Shown here one piece after another: positions 46,079-55,375 of a stretch of DNA of 64,000 nt. This DNA comes from Bdellovibrionales bacterium (GTDB lineage Bacteria; Bdellovibrionota; Bdellovibrionia; Bdellovibrionales; UBA1609), in assembly GCA_965242635.1 (NCBI GenBank), contig OZ251471.1, forward strand, positions 1,332,322 to 1,396,321, written 5' to 3'. A model generated the notes under the pieces. The model searched no databases. It was not told the DNA's origin and saw nothing but the letters and a program-made list of their open reading frames with translations. The stretch's first letter is position 1. Each line of letters opens with the position of its first letter. The position numbers and the translations under genes are program-made.

Positions 46079-46993
46079 TTATGAGCGCATTTGAGGGTGA
46101 ATCCACATGTAAATCAGATCCACTGCCAGATTCACCAAAACATAAATAACAGCGATTAAAAGCACCGTTCCCTGCACCACAGGGTAGTCCCTTCTTTGAA
46201 TGGACTCCAGCAGTAAAAGCCCAAGGCCCGGCCAGTCAAAAATACTCTCCACTATCACTGTCCCGGTGAGAAGAGCCCCGCTTTGAAGACCCAAAATCGT
46301 CACAATGGGGATAAGAGCGTTTTTCAGGCCATGCCTTAAGCCAGCCCCCATGTAAGAAAGCCCTTTGGCCTGAGCGGTGCGGATATAATCTTTTTGCAAA
46401 ACCTCCAGCAAAGCGGCCCGGCTCATTTTCAGCAAAACAGCCCCCAGGGGCAGGGCCAGGCTCACTGCCGGCAAAATCCAGTATTTAAAGCTGTCCCCCT
46501 TTTCACTGACCGGGAAAAAAGAGAGCTTAATGGCAAAAAGCCAAATCAAAAGCGGGGCCAGAAAAAACACAGGAAAAGACATACCCACAAGGGAAAAAAG
46601 AGAAAGTCCTCTGTCCCAAAAACCTCTTTTGAGGGCGGAGAACACCCCTGCCGGAAGGCCCCAGAGGATGGCCAGCAAAAGCGACAAAAAAGCCAGCTGA
46701 AAGGTGGCAGGAAGAGTGTTGAGGAGAAGATTCAAAACCGGCTCATCAGAGTAAAGGGAACGAGACAAGTCCCCTTTAAAAAACAATTTAAAAAGAAAGC
46801 TTGTGTATTGCTGAAACAGGTTTTTGTCCAGCCCCATGCTTTTTATCAGGTTCTCCCGATCCATGGGGCTGGCCTGATCTCCAAGAATCAGATCCACCGG
46901 ATCCCCAGGGGCGATATGGATCAGAAAGAAACTGAAAGTGCAGGCTGTGAAAAGAGCCAGAAGGCTTAAAGACAGCCTTTGAATAAACTTCAT
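46079..46993 (-). CDS. dppB: Peptide ABC transporter permease (DppB/OppB)
   Basis: APGDP, DYIRTAQAKGL, ETIF-like ESIFDWPGLG, RDYPVVQG. Confidence 0.88.
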   Translation of the reverse strand: MKFIQRLSLSLLALFTACTFSFFLIHIAPGDPVDLILGDQASPMDRENLIKSMGLDKNLFQQYTSFLFKLFFKGDLSRSLYSDEPVLNLLLNTLPATFQLAFLSLLLAILWGLPAGVFSALKRGFWDRGLSLFSLVGMSFPVFFLAPLLIWLFAIKLSFFPVSEKGDSFKYWILPAVSLALPLGAVLLKMSRAALLEVLQKDYIRTAQAKGLSYMGAGLRHGLKNALIPIVTILGLQSGALLTGTVIVESIFDWPGLGLLLLESIQRRDYPVVQGTVLLIAVIYVLVNLAVDLIYMWIHPQMRS

Positions 46994-47177
46994 GTGTTTG
47001 AACTCAATCCCAATGGGGCCTGATTGTTATTGTCAGGCCCCATTATCCTCTGTTTTAAAGTGGAGGTCATTATGTTTTTTTTATTGACGGCACGGGTGGC
47101 CTCTGATACATGACAGCCCCTGAAACAATCAGGATTTTGGTATGGCAAAAGCAAAAAATGATCTTCAGAGGATGTTC

Positions 47178-48341
47178 ATGAAAAATTGTCTCTGGACCAG
47201 TGAGTCGGTATCCGAAGGCCATCCGGACAAGGTGGCCGATCAGATAAGTGACGCTTTGTTGGATGCTTTCTTAAAGCAGGACCCCGAAAGCCGGGTGGCC
47301 TGTGAAGTGATGGTGACCACGGGCCTCGCAGTGGTGGCCGGCGAGGTGAGTGCGAACTGTTATGTGGATGTGCAAAAAGAAACCCGTCAGGTTATCAAAC
47401 GGATTGGCTATGATCATGGGAAAAAGGGCCTGGATTACAAGTCCTGCTCGGTGCTCACCGCTATCCATGAACAGAGTCCGGACATTGCACGGGGGGTCCG
47501 GGAAAGTCAGGGCTTCTCCCAAGGGGCGGGCGATCAGGGCCTGGTCTTTGGCTATGCCGTCAATGAGACAAAAGAGTATATGCCCTTGAGCCTCTCCCTT
47601 TCACACAAATTGATGAAAACTTTGGCCCGGCTCAGAAAGGGAGGCCATGCATGGGCCAGGGAGCATATATGGCCGGACAGCAAAAGTCAGGTGACGGTGG
47701 AGTATCAGGAGGGCCGGGTGAGGAGTATTCCCTCCGTGGTGCTTTCCACTCAACACTCACCTGATACAAAAATGCCGGACTTAAAAGAATTTGTTATGGA
47801 GGAGTTGATTAAGAAAGTGGTCCCGGCCCGGTTTTTAAGCAAAAAGTCCCGGTTTTATATCAACCCCACAGGGCGTTTTGTGATAGGAGGGCCGGCAGGG
47901 GACTCAGGCCTGACAGGCCGTAAAATCATTGTGGACACCTACGGGGGGCATGGGGCACATGGAGGAGGGGCTTTTTCTGGAAAAGATCCTTCCAAGGTGG
48001 ATCGCTCCGGGGCTTATGTGGCCCGGCACATTGCCAAAAATATTGTGGCCAGTGGCCTGGCCTCAAAATGCCTTGTGCAGATAGCTTACGCTATTGGTGT
48101 GGCCCGGCCTGTGAGCCTTTCCGTTGAGGCCTATGGCACTTTGTGTGTGGAGGAGCAAAAACTGGTCCGGGCCATTCAAAAACTCTGGGACTTGAGGCCC
48201 CACAGCCTGATTAAGGAGTTTGATCTCAAAAAACCCATTTACGCCAAAACCGCCAGTTATGGGCATTTTGGGAGAAATGAGACAGGCTGGACATGGGAAA
48301 AACTAAACAAAGTGTCTGCCCTTAAAACCGAATGCCGTTAA
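47178..48341 (+). CDS. metK: S-adenosylmethionine synthetase
   Basis: [43 protein letters not shown]. Start placed 6 nt after AGAGG; ATG 47142 is an alternative. Confidence 0.98.
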   Translation: MKNCLWTSESVSEGHPDKVADQISDALLDAFLKQDPESRVACEVMVTTGLAVVAGEVSANCYVDVQKETRQVIKRIGYDHGKKGLDYKSCSVLTAIHEQSPDIARGVRESQGFSQGAGDQGLVFGYAVNETKEYMPLSLSLSHKLMKTLARLRKGGHAWAREHIWPDSKSQVTVEYQEGRVRSIPSVVLSTQHSPDTKMPDLKEFVMEELIKKVVPARFLSKKSRFYINPTGRFVIGGPAGDSGLTGRKIIVDTYGGHGAHGGGAFSGKDPSKVDRSGAYVARHIAKNIVASGLASKCLVQIAYAIGVARPVSLSVEAYGTLCVEEQKLVRAIQKLWDLRPHSLIKEFDLKKPIYAKTASYGHFGRNETGWTWEKLNKVSALKTECR

Positions 48342-48406
48342 TACAAAAACCTGGTATGAGGGCAAAAGTGGAGGTCAAAACCCCAATATTTTGTGGTTTT
48401 GACCCC

Positions 48407-48434
48407 TTGACAGGCTTTTATCCTGTGTTATAAT
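48407..48434 (+). promoter_or_regulatory. Sigma70-type leaderless promoter with upstream 10-bp inverted repeat
   Basis: GGTCAAAACC-12nt-GGTTTTGACC, then TTGACA-16nt-TATAAT-6nt-ATG(48441). Confidence 0.8.
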
Positions 48435-48440
48435 GGGGAT

Positions 48441-48815
48441 ATGGGTTTGGCAGAAATATCCGCTTTTTTTGAGCAGTCTGTCCCGATTGGGATTGTCGGC
48501 ATAATAGTTTATCTTGCTATAATAAGCAGGGATATGAAGTATATTAATGAGAAGTTGGATAATCATATCACTGATACAAACAAGACGATCGATGATAACA
48601 GACAAGAAATTCATGCTCTCAGACAAGAAATGAGGGAAGGTTTTGCCAAACAAGATGATCGTTTTGACAAAATGAATGATCGTTTTGACAAAATGAATGA
48701 TCGTTTTAACAAAATGAATGATCGTTTTGACAAAATAAACGACCGGTTTAACAAACAAGATGATCGTTTTAACAAGTTGTATGATCTTCTTGTGCAGGAA
48801 AAAGTGGCAAAATAA
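48441..48815 (+). CDS. N-terminal TM / coiled-coil protein, NHITDTNK family copy C
   Basis: TM, LDNHITDTNKT, 21-nt DRFDKMN-type heptad repeats. Confidence 0.85.
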   Translation: MGLAEISAFFEQSVPIGIVGIIVYLAIISRDMKYINEKLDNHITDTNKTIDDNRQEIHALRQEMREGFAKQDDRFDKMNDRFDKMNDRFNKMNDRFDKINDRFNKQDDRFNKLYDLLVQEKVAK

Positions 48816-49053
48816 CTTTTTTCGGCCCCTACTCACTTTCTGGATATGAGCGGGGCACTAAACAGGCCTTTTCTCATGAATATTTCCCCTTTTTCCGATA
48901 CCTGTTATTGTATTTATCGGCCAGCCCCCGAAAAACTTAAGTTTTTTTCTGGATTTTAGCGGAAGATCTGGCCTTTTTGGCCTTTAGGTGGAAAAAATGA
49001 GAGGACCAGCATGCGGTCGCAACAATCACCCACTCAAAACATCCCTCAAGATA

Positions 49054-49350
49054 TTAGAGCTTACTTCTTTTTTTGGGTTGTGTTTTATTACTATTTTTAT
49101 CTTCCTGCTTTTTTAGTAACTTTATAATTTTTTCACCAGGAATAACAGCAATAACTCTTGCTCCGGTTTTAAGCTTAAAGTTTTTTGAAATTCTATTTCT
49201 GCTCACCTTTATTTTTTTTCCGTTATCTTGGGCTAACACTACCTTTTTTTTATCATAGCTCACCACAATACCTTCTACTGTAAAATCAGCAACAGCTGAA
49301 AAAAGGAAAGGTGAAAAGAATAAAACACTGTTGAGCAATACTATTTTCAT
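49054..49350 (-). CDS. Small secreted basic hypothetical protein
   Basis: Signal peptide ending AVA; beta-rich, Lys-rich; co-oriented with the upstream gene. Confidence 0.7.
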   Translation of the reverse strand: MKIVLLNSVLFFSPFLFSAVADFTVEGIVVSYDKKKVVLAQDNGKKIKVSRNRISKNFKLKTGARVIAVIPGEKIIKLLKKQEDKNSNKTQPKKRSKL

Positions 49351-49362
49351 ATCTATATTCCT

Positions 49363-50124
49363 TTATCGAACAGAACCACCCTCCCAAGAAGGTGTCATCT
49401 TAACAGGTTTATTTTCTTCAGGTTGATCATCGTCTATACCATAGGACCTTAGCTTACTTAGATTCTCTGCATAGATTGATTCTGTGAGATGTTTTGACTC
49501 ATCTAAGATACATTGTGTTGGTGAGGGACACTTTTTATCTGATTCAGCTCGGCAATAAGCAGTAGTGTTAATCGGTTGACCATCTATTATACAATACAAA
49601 TTTGCAATGCAAGAAGTTTCACCCGGACACCTTATGGACCGTATGACATAGGCGGTATCTGTATAAGTGCACTGAACCGTTCTTTGTTTATTCGGTTTTC
49701 TGCTTAATTCACCTAAAGTTCCTTTTCTTTGTGTTCCATCTTTGTCTTCGTATAAAACAGTGCTGTTATCAAACACAACCCCATATTCAGGGTTTATTTG
49801 AATTTCATTTCTTCCCAGTGGGATCCCTTTTGGTTCTAACTTTGATATTACTTGTTCTATTATCCAATCATCATTGTTAACATTTTTGGGGTTTTGATAA
49901 TAGAGGGCTTTTTGGGGAGGGGAATTTAAGGTTTCTTTCTCTATTATTTCATTTTTGCTGTTTATAACTTGAATTCTTAGAGCTTTCGGTCTTGTGTCAT
50001 GTTTTATGAATCCTGAAATACCTCCTTCACAATGAAAGGAAGTGCAATTAGTAAAACATCTCGCCTGTGCCTCAAAATTGCACCCTACTTGGGCTTGTGC
50101 AAAAGGGATAAAAAATCCGAACAA
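49363..50124 (-). CDS. Cys-rich secreted hypothetical protein (true start probably further upstream)
   Basis: AQA cleavage motif, N- and C-terminal Cys clusters; frame stays open upstream to 50268; AT-rich. Confidence 0.7.
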   Translation of the reverse strand: MFGFFIPFAQAQVGCNFEAQARCFTNCTSFHCEGGISGFIKHDTRPKALRIQVINSKNEIIEKETLNSPPQKALYYQNPKNVNNDDWIIEQVISKLEPKGIPLGRNEIQINPEYGVVFDNSTVLYEDKDGTQRKGTLGELSRKPNKQRTVQCTYTDTAYVIRSIRCPGETSCIANLYCIIDGQPINTTAYCRAESDKKCPSPTQCILDESKHLTESIYAENLSKLRSYGIDDDQPEENKPVKMTPSWEGGSVR

Positions 50125-50221
50125 TATTAAAGAAAAGTTTTGTATACCAAAAATTAAAGAGAAAGTGAGAGAGGCGACGGCCTTGGGTCTTATATGTGAG
50201 TCAACACTTATGACGCGGTGC

Positions 50222-50239
50222 GGGGGGGGGGGGGGGGGG
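50222..50239. repeat. G18 homopolymer
   Basis: 18 consecutive G between the divergent genes. Confidence 0.85.
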
Positions 50240-50627
50240 TGACCAAAATATTCAATGATTTTAAGTATTTACAGAAACTTCCCAAGGGGAATACAGGTGG
50301 GGCGAAAAGCCTCCTTGCGGGACTTGGTGATTTTATTAACTTACATGCATTTCTTAATAATTTGGACATTTTTTTTGCTCCTTTGGCGACTGATCCAGTC
50401 AGTTGTATTTTAACCTTCAGAGCTTTAAGCTTAGCTCATCATGGGCCGGGACACAAGAACCAAGGATATTTCTGGACTTCAGTCCAACTGATTTAAGCAA
50501 AAACCTCCAAAAACAGCCCAAAAAAGAGGTTTTGACCCCCCGACAGGCTTTTATTCTGTTATTCTTATTGACGACTGGCCAATTTTCGGCTATCTTGGAA
50601 TTGAATTCCAACATGGACGAGGATAAA

Positions 50628-51851
50628 ATGTTTCAGAGAACTCTCTCTCCTGTGATTCGGGAGGTTTCCTCCTGTTTTCCTGTTTTGCTTTTAACAGGGC
50701 CCCGTCAAGTGGGCAAAACCACCCTTCTTGAAATGTTGGCAAACTCCCATCGCCGTTATGTTACTTTGGACAATCTGAACTCGCGAAACCTGGCTCAAAA
50801 AGACCCTGCTTTATTTATTCAGACCTTTAAGCCCCCTGTCATTATTGATGAAATCCAGTATGCTCCCCATTTGTTCAGCTTTATTAAAATGGAAGTGGAT
50901 CGTCAAAAACAAAAGCCGGGGATGTATTGGATCACAGGTTCACAAAAATTCAGCTTGATGAAGGGGATAACAGAAAGCCTGGCTGGTCGGGTGGCTGTTA
51001 TGGATTTGCTGGGGTTTTCTCAAGCGGAAATGGAAGGCCGGCCCAAAACTTCCCCTTTTTTGCCCACCACCAAGTGGCTCAATAAGGCCCGCAAAAACTT
51101 TAAGAGGGAATGGAATGCCAAAACCCTTTATCATCGTATTTGGCAGGGATCTTTTCCAAAAGTATTGGAAATGTCAGTCAAACAGCGAGATATTTATTAC
51201 AGCTCCTACATACAAACTTATATTCAAAGGGATGTCCGGGATATGGCAGGAGTTTTTGATGAGATCAAATTTCATAATTTTATTACTGCTGTTTCCGCCC
51301 GCACGGGCCAGTTGCTGAACTATGCCGATTTGGCCAGAGATATTGCCATTGACAACAAAACAGCAAAATCCTGGCTTTCCATTTTGCGAGCTGGTGGTCT
51401 GGTTTACCTGTTACAACCCTGGCACAGCAATCTTGACAAGCGGTTGGTTAAAACCCCCAAGCTTTACTTTTTGGATACAGGTTTGGCCAGTTATCTCACC
51501 AAATGGACGGATCCGGAGACTTTATCCAAAGGAGCCATGTCCGGTTCCATACTGGAGACCTGGTTTTTCATTGAAATTTTAAAAAGCTATTGGCATGCAG
51601 GCCAGACAGCTTATTTTTATTTTTATCGCAATAAAGACATGCGAGAGGTGGACCTGCTGATAGAAACAGCAGAAAACTTTTACCCTGTGGAGTTTAAAAA
51701 AACAGCTTCCCCATCCCAGAAGGAGATAAAAAATTTTTCCTTGCTTAAAAATGTGGGCAAAAAGACAGGGCCGGGAGCTTTGCTCTGCCTTGTTGAAAGA
51801 GATATCCCCCTTTCCCGCTCTGTCATCGCCTTACCAGCCACTTATCTTTGA
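50628..51851 (+). CDS. AAA+ ATPase, AAA_14 + DUF4143 (COG1373) family
   Basis: GPRQVGKTT, IDEIQYAP, TGSQKF, ESLAGR, KTPKLYFLDTGL, REVDL; GAGG before ATG 50628. Confidence 0.9.
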   Translation: MFQRTLSPVIREVSSCFPVLLLTGPRQVGKTTLLEMLANSHRRYVTLDNLNSRNLAQKDPALFIQTFKPPVIIDEIQYAPHLFSFIKMEVDRQKQKPGMYWITGSQKFSLMKGITESLAGRVAVMDLLGFSQAEMEGRPKTSPFLPTTKWLNKARKNFKREWNAKTLYHRIWQGSFPKVLEMSVKQRDIYYSSYIQTYIQRDVRDMAGVFDEIKFHNFITAVSARTGQLLNYADLARDIAIDNKTAKSWLSILRAGGLVYLLQPWHSNLDKRLVKTPKLYFLDTGLASYLTKWTDPETLSKGAMSGSILETWFFIEILKSYWHAGQTAYFYFYRNKDMREVDLLIETAENFYPVEFKKTASPSQKEIKNFSLLKNVGKKTGPGALLCLVERDIPLSRSVIALPATYL

Positions 51852-52022
51852 AAGGACTTTACTCTCACTTGATGAAAATTGGGTTTTCATGAGAATATGT
51901 GCTGGATTTTAGGCAGTCCCGGGGTCTTATCGGCCAGCACCACCCGCAGAGCTACTGCTTTTATTCGGGTCAAATTGGAAAAAAGGAGGGTCAAAACCCC
52001 AATATTTCGTGGTTTTGACCCC

Positions 52023-52050
52023 TTGACAAGCTTTTATTCTGTGTTATAGT
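52023..52050 (+). promoter_or_regulatory. Sigma70-type leaderless promoter
   Basis: TTGACA-16nt-TATAGT-6nt-ATG(52057). Confidence 0.75.
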
Positions 52051-52056
52051 GGGGGT

Positions 52057-52476
52057 ATGGGTTTGGCAGAAATATCAGCTTTTTTTGAGCAGTCTGTCCC
52101 GATTGGGATTGTCGGCATAATAGTTTATCTTGCTATAATAAGCAGGGACATGAAGTATATTAATGAGAAGCTGGATAATCATATCACTGATACAAACAAG
52201 ACGATTACTGCTCTCAGAGTTGATACAAACAAGACGATTACTGCTCTCAGAGTTGATACAGGCAAGAAAATCGATGATAACAGACAAGAAATTCATGCTC
52301 TCAGACAAGAAATGAGGGAAGGTTTTGCCAAACAAGATGATCGTTTTGACAAAATGAATGACCGTTTTGACAAAATAAACGACCGTTTTAACAAAATAAA
52401 CGACCGGTTTGACAAACAAGATGATCGTTTTAACAAGTTGTATGATCTTCTTGTGCAGGAAAAAGTGGCAAAATAA
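52057..52476 (+). CDS. N-terminal TM / coiled-coil protein, NHITDTNK family copy D
   Basis: Paralogue of 48441-48815 with two extra 11-aa repeats (TNKTITALRVD). Confidence 0.85.
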   Translation: MGLAEISAFFEQSVPIGIVGIIVYLAIISRDMKYINEKLDNHITDTNKTITALRVDTNKTITALRVDTGKKIDDNRQEIHALRQEMREGFAKQDDRFDKMNDRFDKINDRFNKINDRFDKQDDRFNKLYDLLVQEKVAK

Positions 52477-52558
52477 CTTTTTTCGGCCCCTACTCACTTC
52501 TTAGTAAACTGTCCGATTTTCAGGACCGATCCAACCCTCCAAAAGGGCCCTCTTTTGG

Positions 52559-53320
52559 CTAATCCTTCAACAGTTTTTTGATTCTTTTGGTCACTTCAGG
52601 CTGTTTCCGGCTCTCACTGATAAGGTGCAAGGCCTCCTCCTTTAAATGATCGGGAGTGAGACGATTGGAGGAAAGGGAGGAAAGCCGGTTCAGCCACTTT
52701 TTGGTTTCTGTAAGAGCCTTGGGATCCAGAGTTTTTAAATCTGTTAAAAGCTTTTCCTGAAACAAAGCACAGGCTGATCTTGTTCCCACAAAGTGAACCA
52801 AACCCCTCTCATAAGCCTCGCGGGCAGAAAACACCCTGGCACTGAGCATGAGGAACCGGGCCCAGGACAGCCCTGTTTTTTTTAAAACAAAAGGGCTTAT
52901 GACAGAGGGCACAAGCCCTAAGTGGGTTTCACTGAAACGAAAAAAAGCTCTATCCTCCGCCACCACCACATCTGCCACAGAAAGCAGGCCCAGGCCCCCG
53001 CCCACAGCAAAACCCTGAACCATCGCTATCACAGGCAAAGGGCAGTTTTCCACAGCCTGTAAAAGAGAAAACAGCTTTTTTAGGTCTTTTACGGAAAAAG
53101 CAGAGGAATCAGCCAGCCACTTCAGGTCTGCACCACTGCAAAAAGCTTTTCCCTCCCCGGAGAGCACCACCGCCTTTGTGTCAGAGGACCAGCCCGGTGC
53201 CTCAAAAAAACACAACAACTCTTTTATCAAAGGGGGGTTGAGTGCGTTTCTTTTTTCCGGGCGGTTAAGAGTCACAAAGGCCACTTCCGCCTCTGTTTTT
53301 ATTCGCAAAAGTTCGCTCAT
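52559..53320 (-). CDS. liuC: Enoyl-CoA hydratase family (methylglutaconyl-CoA hydratase-like)
   Basis: TLNRPEKRNAL, AFCSGADL, GFAVGGGLGL, FSETHLGLVP; follows the carboxyltransferase gene. Confidence 0.8.
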   Translation of the reverse strand: MSELLRIKTEAEVAFVTLNRPEKRNALNPPLIKELLCFFEAPGWSSDTKAVVLSGEGKAFCSGADLKWLADSSAFSVKDLKKLFSLLQAVENCPLPVIAMVQGFAVGGGLGLLSVADVVVAEDRAFFRFSETHLGLVPSVISPFVLKKTGLSWARFLMLSARVFSAREAYERGLVHFVGTRSACALFQEKLLTDLKTLDPKALTETKKWLNRLSSLSSNRLTPDHLKEEALHLISESRKQPEVTKRIKKLLKD

Positions 53321-53394
53321 TATTATTCTCCTGAAGAGACAATATTATTGAAACTTTTTTTTTTAAATCACCAACCCATCCACATAAAAGAGGC

Positions 53395-55023
53395 TTAAAA
53401 GCGATAGACTCCCTTTAAAGGAGGTGACAAGGGAGCATAAAGGCTCATGTTTAGCCCCAAGCTCAGCACTTTTCGGGTGTCCACCGGATCAATCAGGCCA
53501 TCATCCCACAGCCGGGCGGTGGCGTAAAAGGCCTGGCTCTCACGATCATATTGTGCCACAAGAGAATCGCCTTTGTCTTTCCCTGAACCACCTGTGGATT
53601 TGATAAGCTGTAACACTTTTTCTGCCTGTGGGCCACCCATAACAGCCATACGGGCAGAGGGCCAAAGCCAAAGCTGACGGGGCTGATAAGCCCTTCCGCA
53701 CATGGCATAATTGCCCGCACCATAAGAGGCCCCAACAATGACAGTAAACTTGGGAACACGGGCCAAGCTTAAAGCGGTCACCATTTGTGCCCCCTGCTTG
53801 GCGATGCCCATGCTTTCATATTGCCGGCCCACCATAAAGCCTGCAATATTTTGTAAAAAAAGAAGAGCATGCCCCCTTTTGTCAGAGAGATCGATAAAGT
53901 GTGCTCCCTTTAAGGCCGATTCGCCAAACAACACCCCATTATTGGCCACTATCCCCACGGGATGTCCTCCAAGGCGTGCCCACCCGGTGAGCAAAGTGGA
54001 GCCATAATTTTTCTTGAACTCATGAAATTCAGAACCATCCACCAAACGGGCTATGATCTCCCGCATATCAAAAGGGGTCTTTAAATCAGAGGAGACCAGG
54101 CCATACATTTCCTCCGCCGGATACAAGGGTGAGCACACTTCCCCTGCCGGAAGGCTTCGCTTTTGAGCTGGCCTCAGGTGAAAGACAATGTCCCTAGCTT
54201 TTTCCAAAGCCTGATCCTCGCTCTCCACCGCATGATCGCACACCCCGGATTGAGAGGTATGCACAAGTGCTCCGCCCAATTCCTCCGCACTCACCTTTTC
54301 CCCCGTGGCCGCCAACACCAAGGGTGGCCCACCCAAAAACAAGGCCCCCTTTCCCCGCACAATAATGTTTTCGTCCGACATGGCCGGCACATAAGCCCCC
54401 CCGGCCGTGCAGTGCCCCAACACCAAAGAGATCTGAGCCAGCCCCTGAGCTGTCAGCCGGGCCTGATTATAAAAAAGCCGGCCAAAGTGATCCCGATCGG
54501 GAAAAACATTGGCCTGATAAGGGAGGTAAGCCCCCCCACTATCCACCAAATAAATGCATGGAAGATGATTTTCCAAAGCTATTTCTTGTGCACGAAGGTG
54601 TTTCTTTATGGTGATGGGGAAATAAGTTCCGCCTTTGACACGCCAGTCATTGGCCACCACCACAAAGGGCTGGCCATGCACCAAAGCCACACCGGTCACC
54701 ATGCCTGAAGAAGGCAGATTCTCCTTGTAAAGCCCCCTTCCCGCCAAAGGCGAAAACTCCAGAAAACAGGTTTTTGGATCTTTTAACTTTTCGATTCGCT
54801 CGTAAGCTGTGTATTTTTCGTGTTTTTTTCCCGCTGAAAAGCTTTGGCCTGGTTTTTTGGCAGAAGGGCTTTGTTTCTCCAAAAAGGGGGAGGCACTGAT
54901 GACAGGTGCAACAGCCTGAGCCATCTGTATCTCCTGTTTAAGCCAGTCCACCTTTTCTTTCATGGACTGGAAGTTTTGCCGAAAAACCGCCGACTGAGGC
55001 TTGATCTGTGTTTGTAAAATCAT
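53395..55023 (-). CDS. liuB: Methylcrotonyl-CoA carboxylase beta (carboxyltransferase) subunit
   Basis: KGGTYFPITIKKHLRAQEIA, DSGGAYLP, CTAGGAYVPAM, GASYGAGNYAMCGRAY, ARLWDDG. Confidence 0.92.
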   Translation of the reverse strand: MILQTQIKPQSAVFRQNFQSMKEKVDWLKQEIQMAQAVAPVISASPFLEKQSPSAKKPGQSFSAGKKHEKYTAYERIEKLKDPKTCFLEFSPLAGRGLYKENLPSSGMVTGVALVHGQPFVVVANDWRVKGGTYFPITIKKHLRAQEIALENHLPCIYLVDSGGAYLPYQANVFPDRDHFGRLFYNQARLTAQGLAQISLVLGHCTAGGAYVPAMSDENIIVRGKGALFLGGPPLVLAATGEKVSAEELGGALVHTSQSGVCDHAVESEDQALEKARDIVFHLRPAQKRSLPAGEVCSPLYPAEEMYGLVSSDLKTPFDMREIIARLVDGSEFHEFKKNYGSTLLTGWARLGGHPVGIVANNGVLFGESALKGAHFIDLSDKRGHALLFLQNIAGFMVGRQYESMGIAKQGAQMVTALSLARVPKFTVIVGASYGAGNYAMCGRAYQPRQLWLWPSARMAVMGGPQAEKVLQLIKSTGGSGKDKGDSLVAQYDRESQAFYATARLWDDGLIDPVDTRKVLSLGLNMSLYAPLSPPLKGVYRF

Positions 55024-55124
55024 ATTTCCAATAGTGTTCTTAAGACATGTCCCCTAAAAAAAACCGTTCAGCATATAGTGCCTGATTTTTACCCACTTGG
55101 CAAGAAAATCATAACCAAGCCAAA

Positions 55125-55207
55125 CTGCCTTTTGAAAAGGGTGTTGCTTTTGGGCTGTTTTCCTCCCACAAGGCAAATGTGAAACATGCATTTTCAAACA
55201 AGATCAG
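55125..55207. repeat. 85-bp dispersed repeat, copy 2 (inverse of 5739-5823)
   Basis: Reverse-complement match by eye. Confidence 0.9.
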
Positions 55208-55280
55208 ATAACCGGCCTTGAAAAAAGCTTGGTATTTGAGACAGTGCCCCTGTTTTTTAAACGGTCTGTTTCCAGGGGCG

Positions 55281-55326
55281 GTCATTCCCGCAAAGGATTT
55301 TAAAAAGTGTGCCCCGCGGGAATCTG
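55281..55326. repeat. REP-like palindrome (gtcattcccgc...gcgggaatc)
   Basis: Same family as 9106-9131. Confidence 0.55.
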
Positions 55327-55375
55327 GTCAAATCAAGCTTGAAATTTCAAACAGGATCAGCATAAAATTAAGACA

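Larger units (their letters stand above)
48373..48838 (+). repeat. Direct repeat 1 (466 bp): palindrome, promoter and TM/coiled-coil gene
   Basis: Nearly identical to 51989-52499 from ggtcaaaacc to cccctactcactt. Confidence 0.95.
51989..52499 (+). repeat. Direct repeat 2 (511 bp)
   Basis: Copy of 48373-48838 with two extra 33-nt units and one fewer 21-nt unit (net +45). Confidence 0.95.

Noticed and set aside
50403-50627. 75-aa N-terminal extension of the DUF4143 ATPase
   Set aside because: Runs through the promoter-like region; the family-typical start with SD is at 50628.
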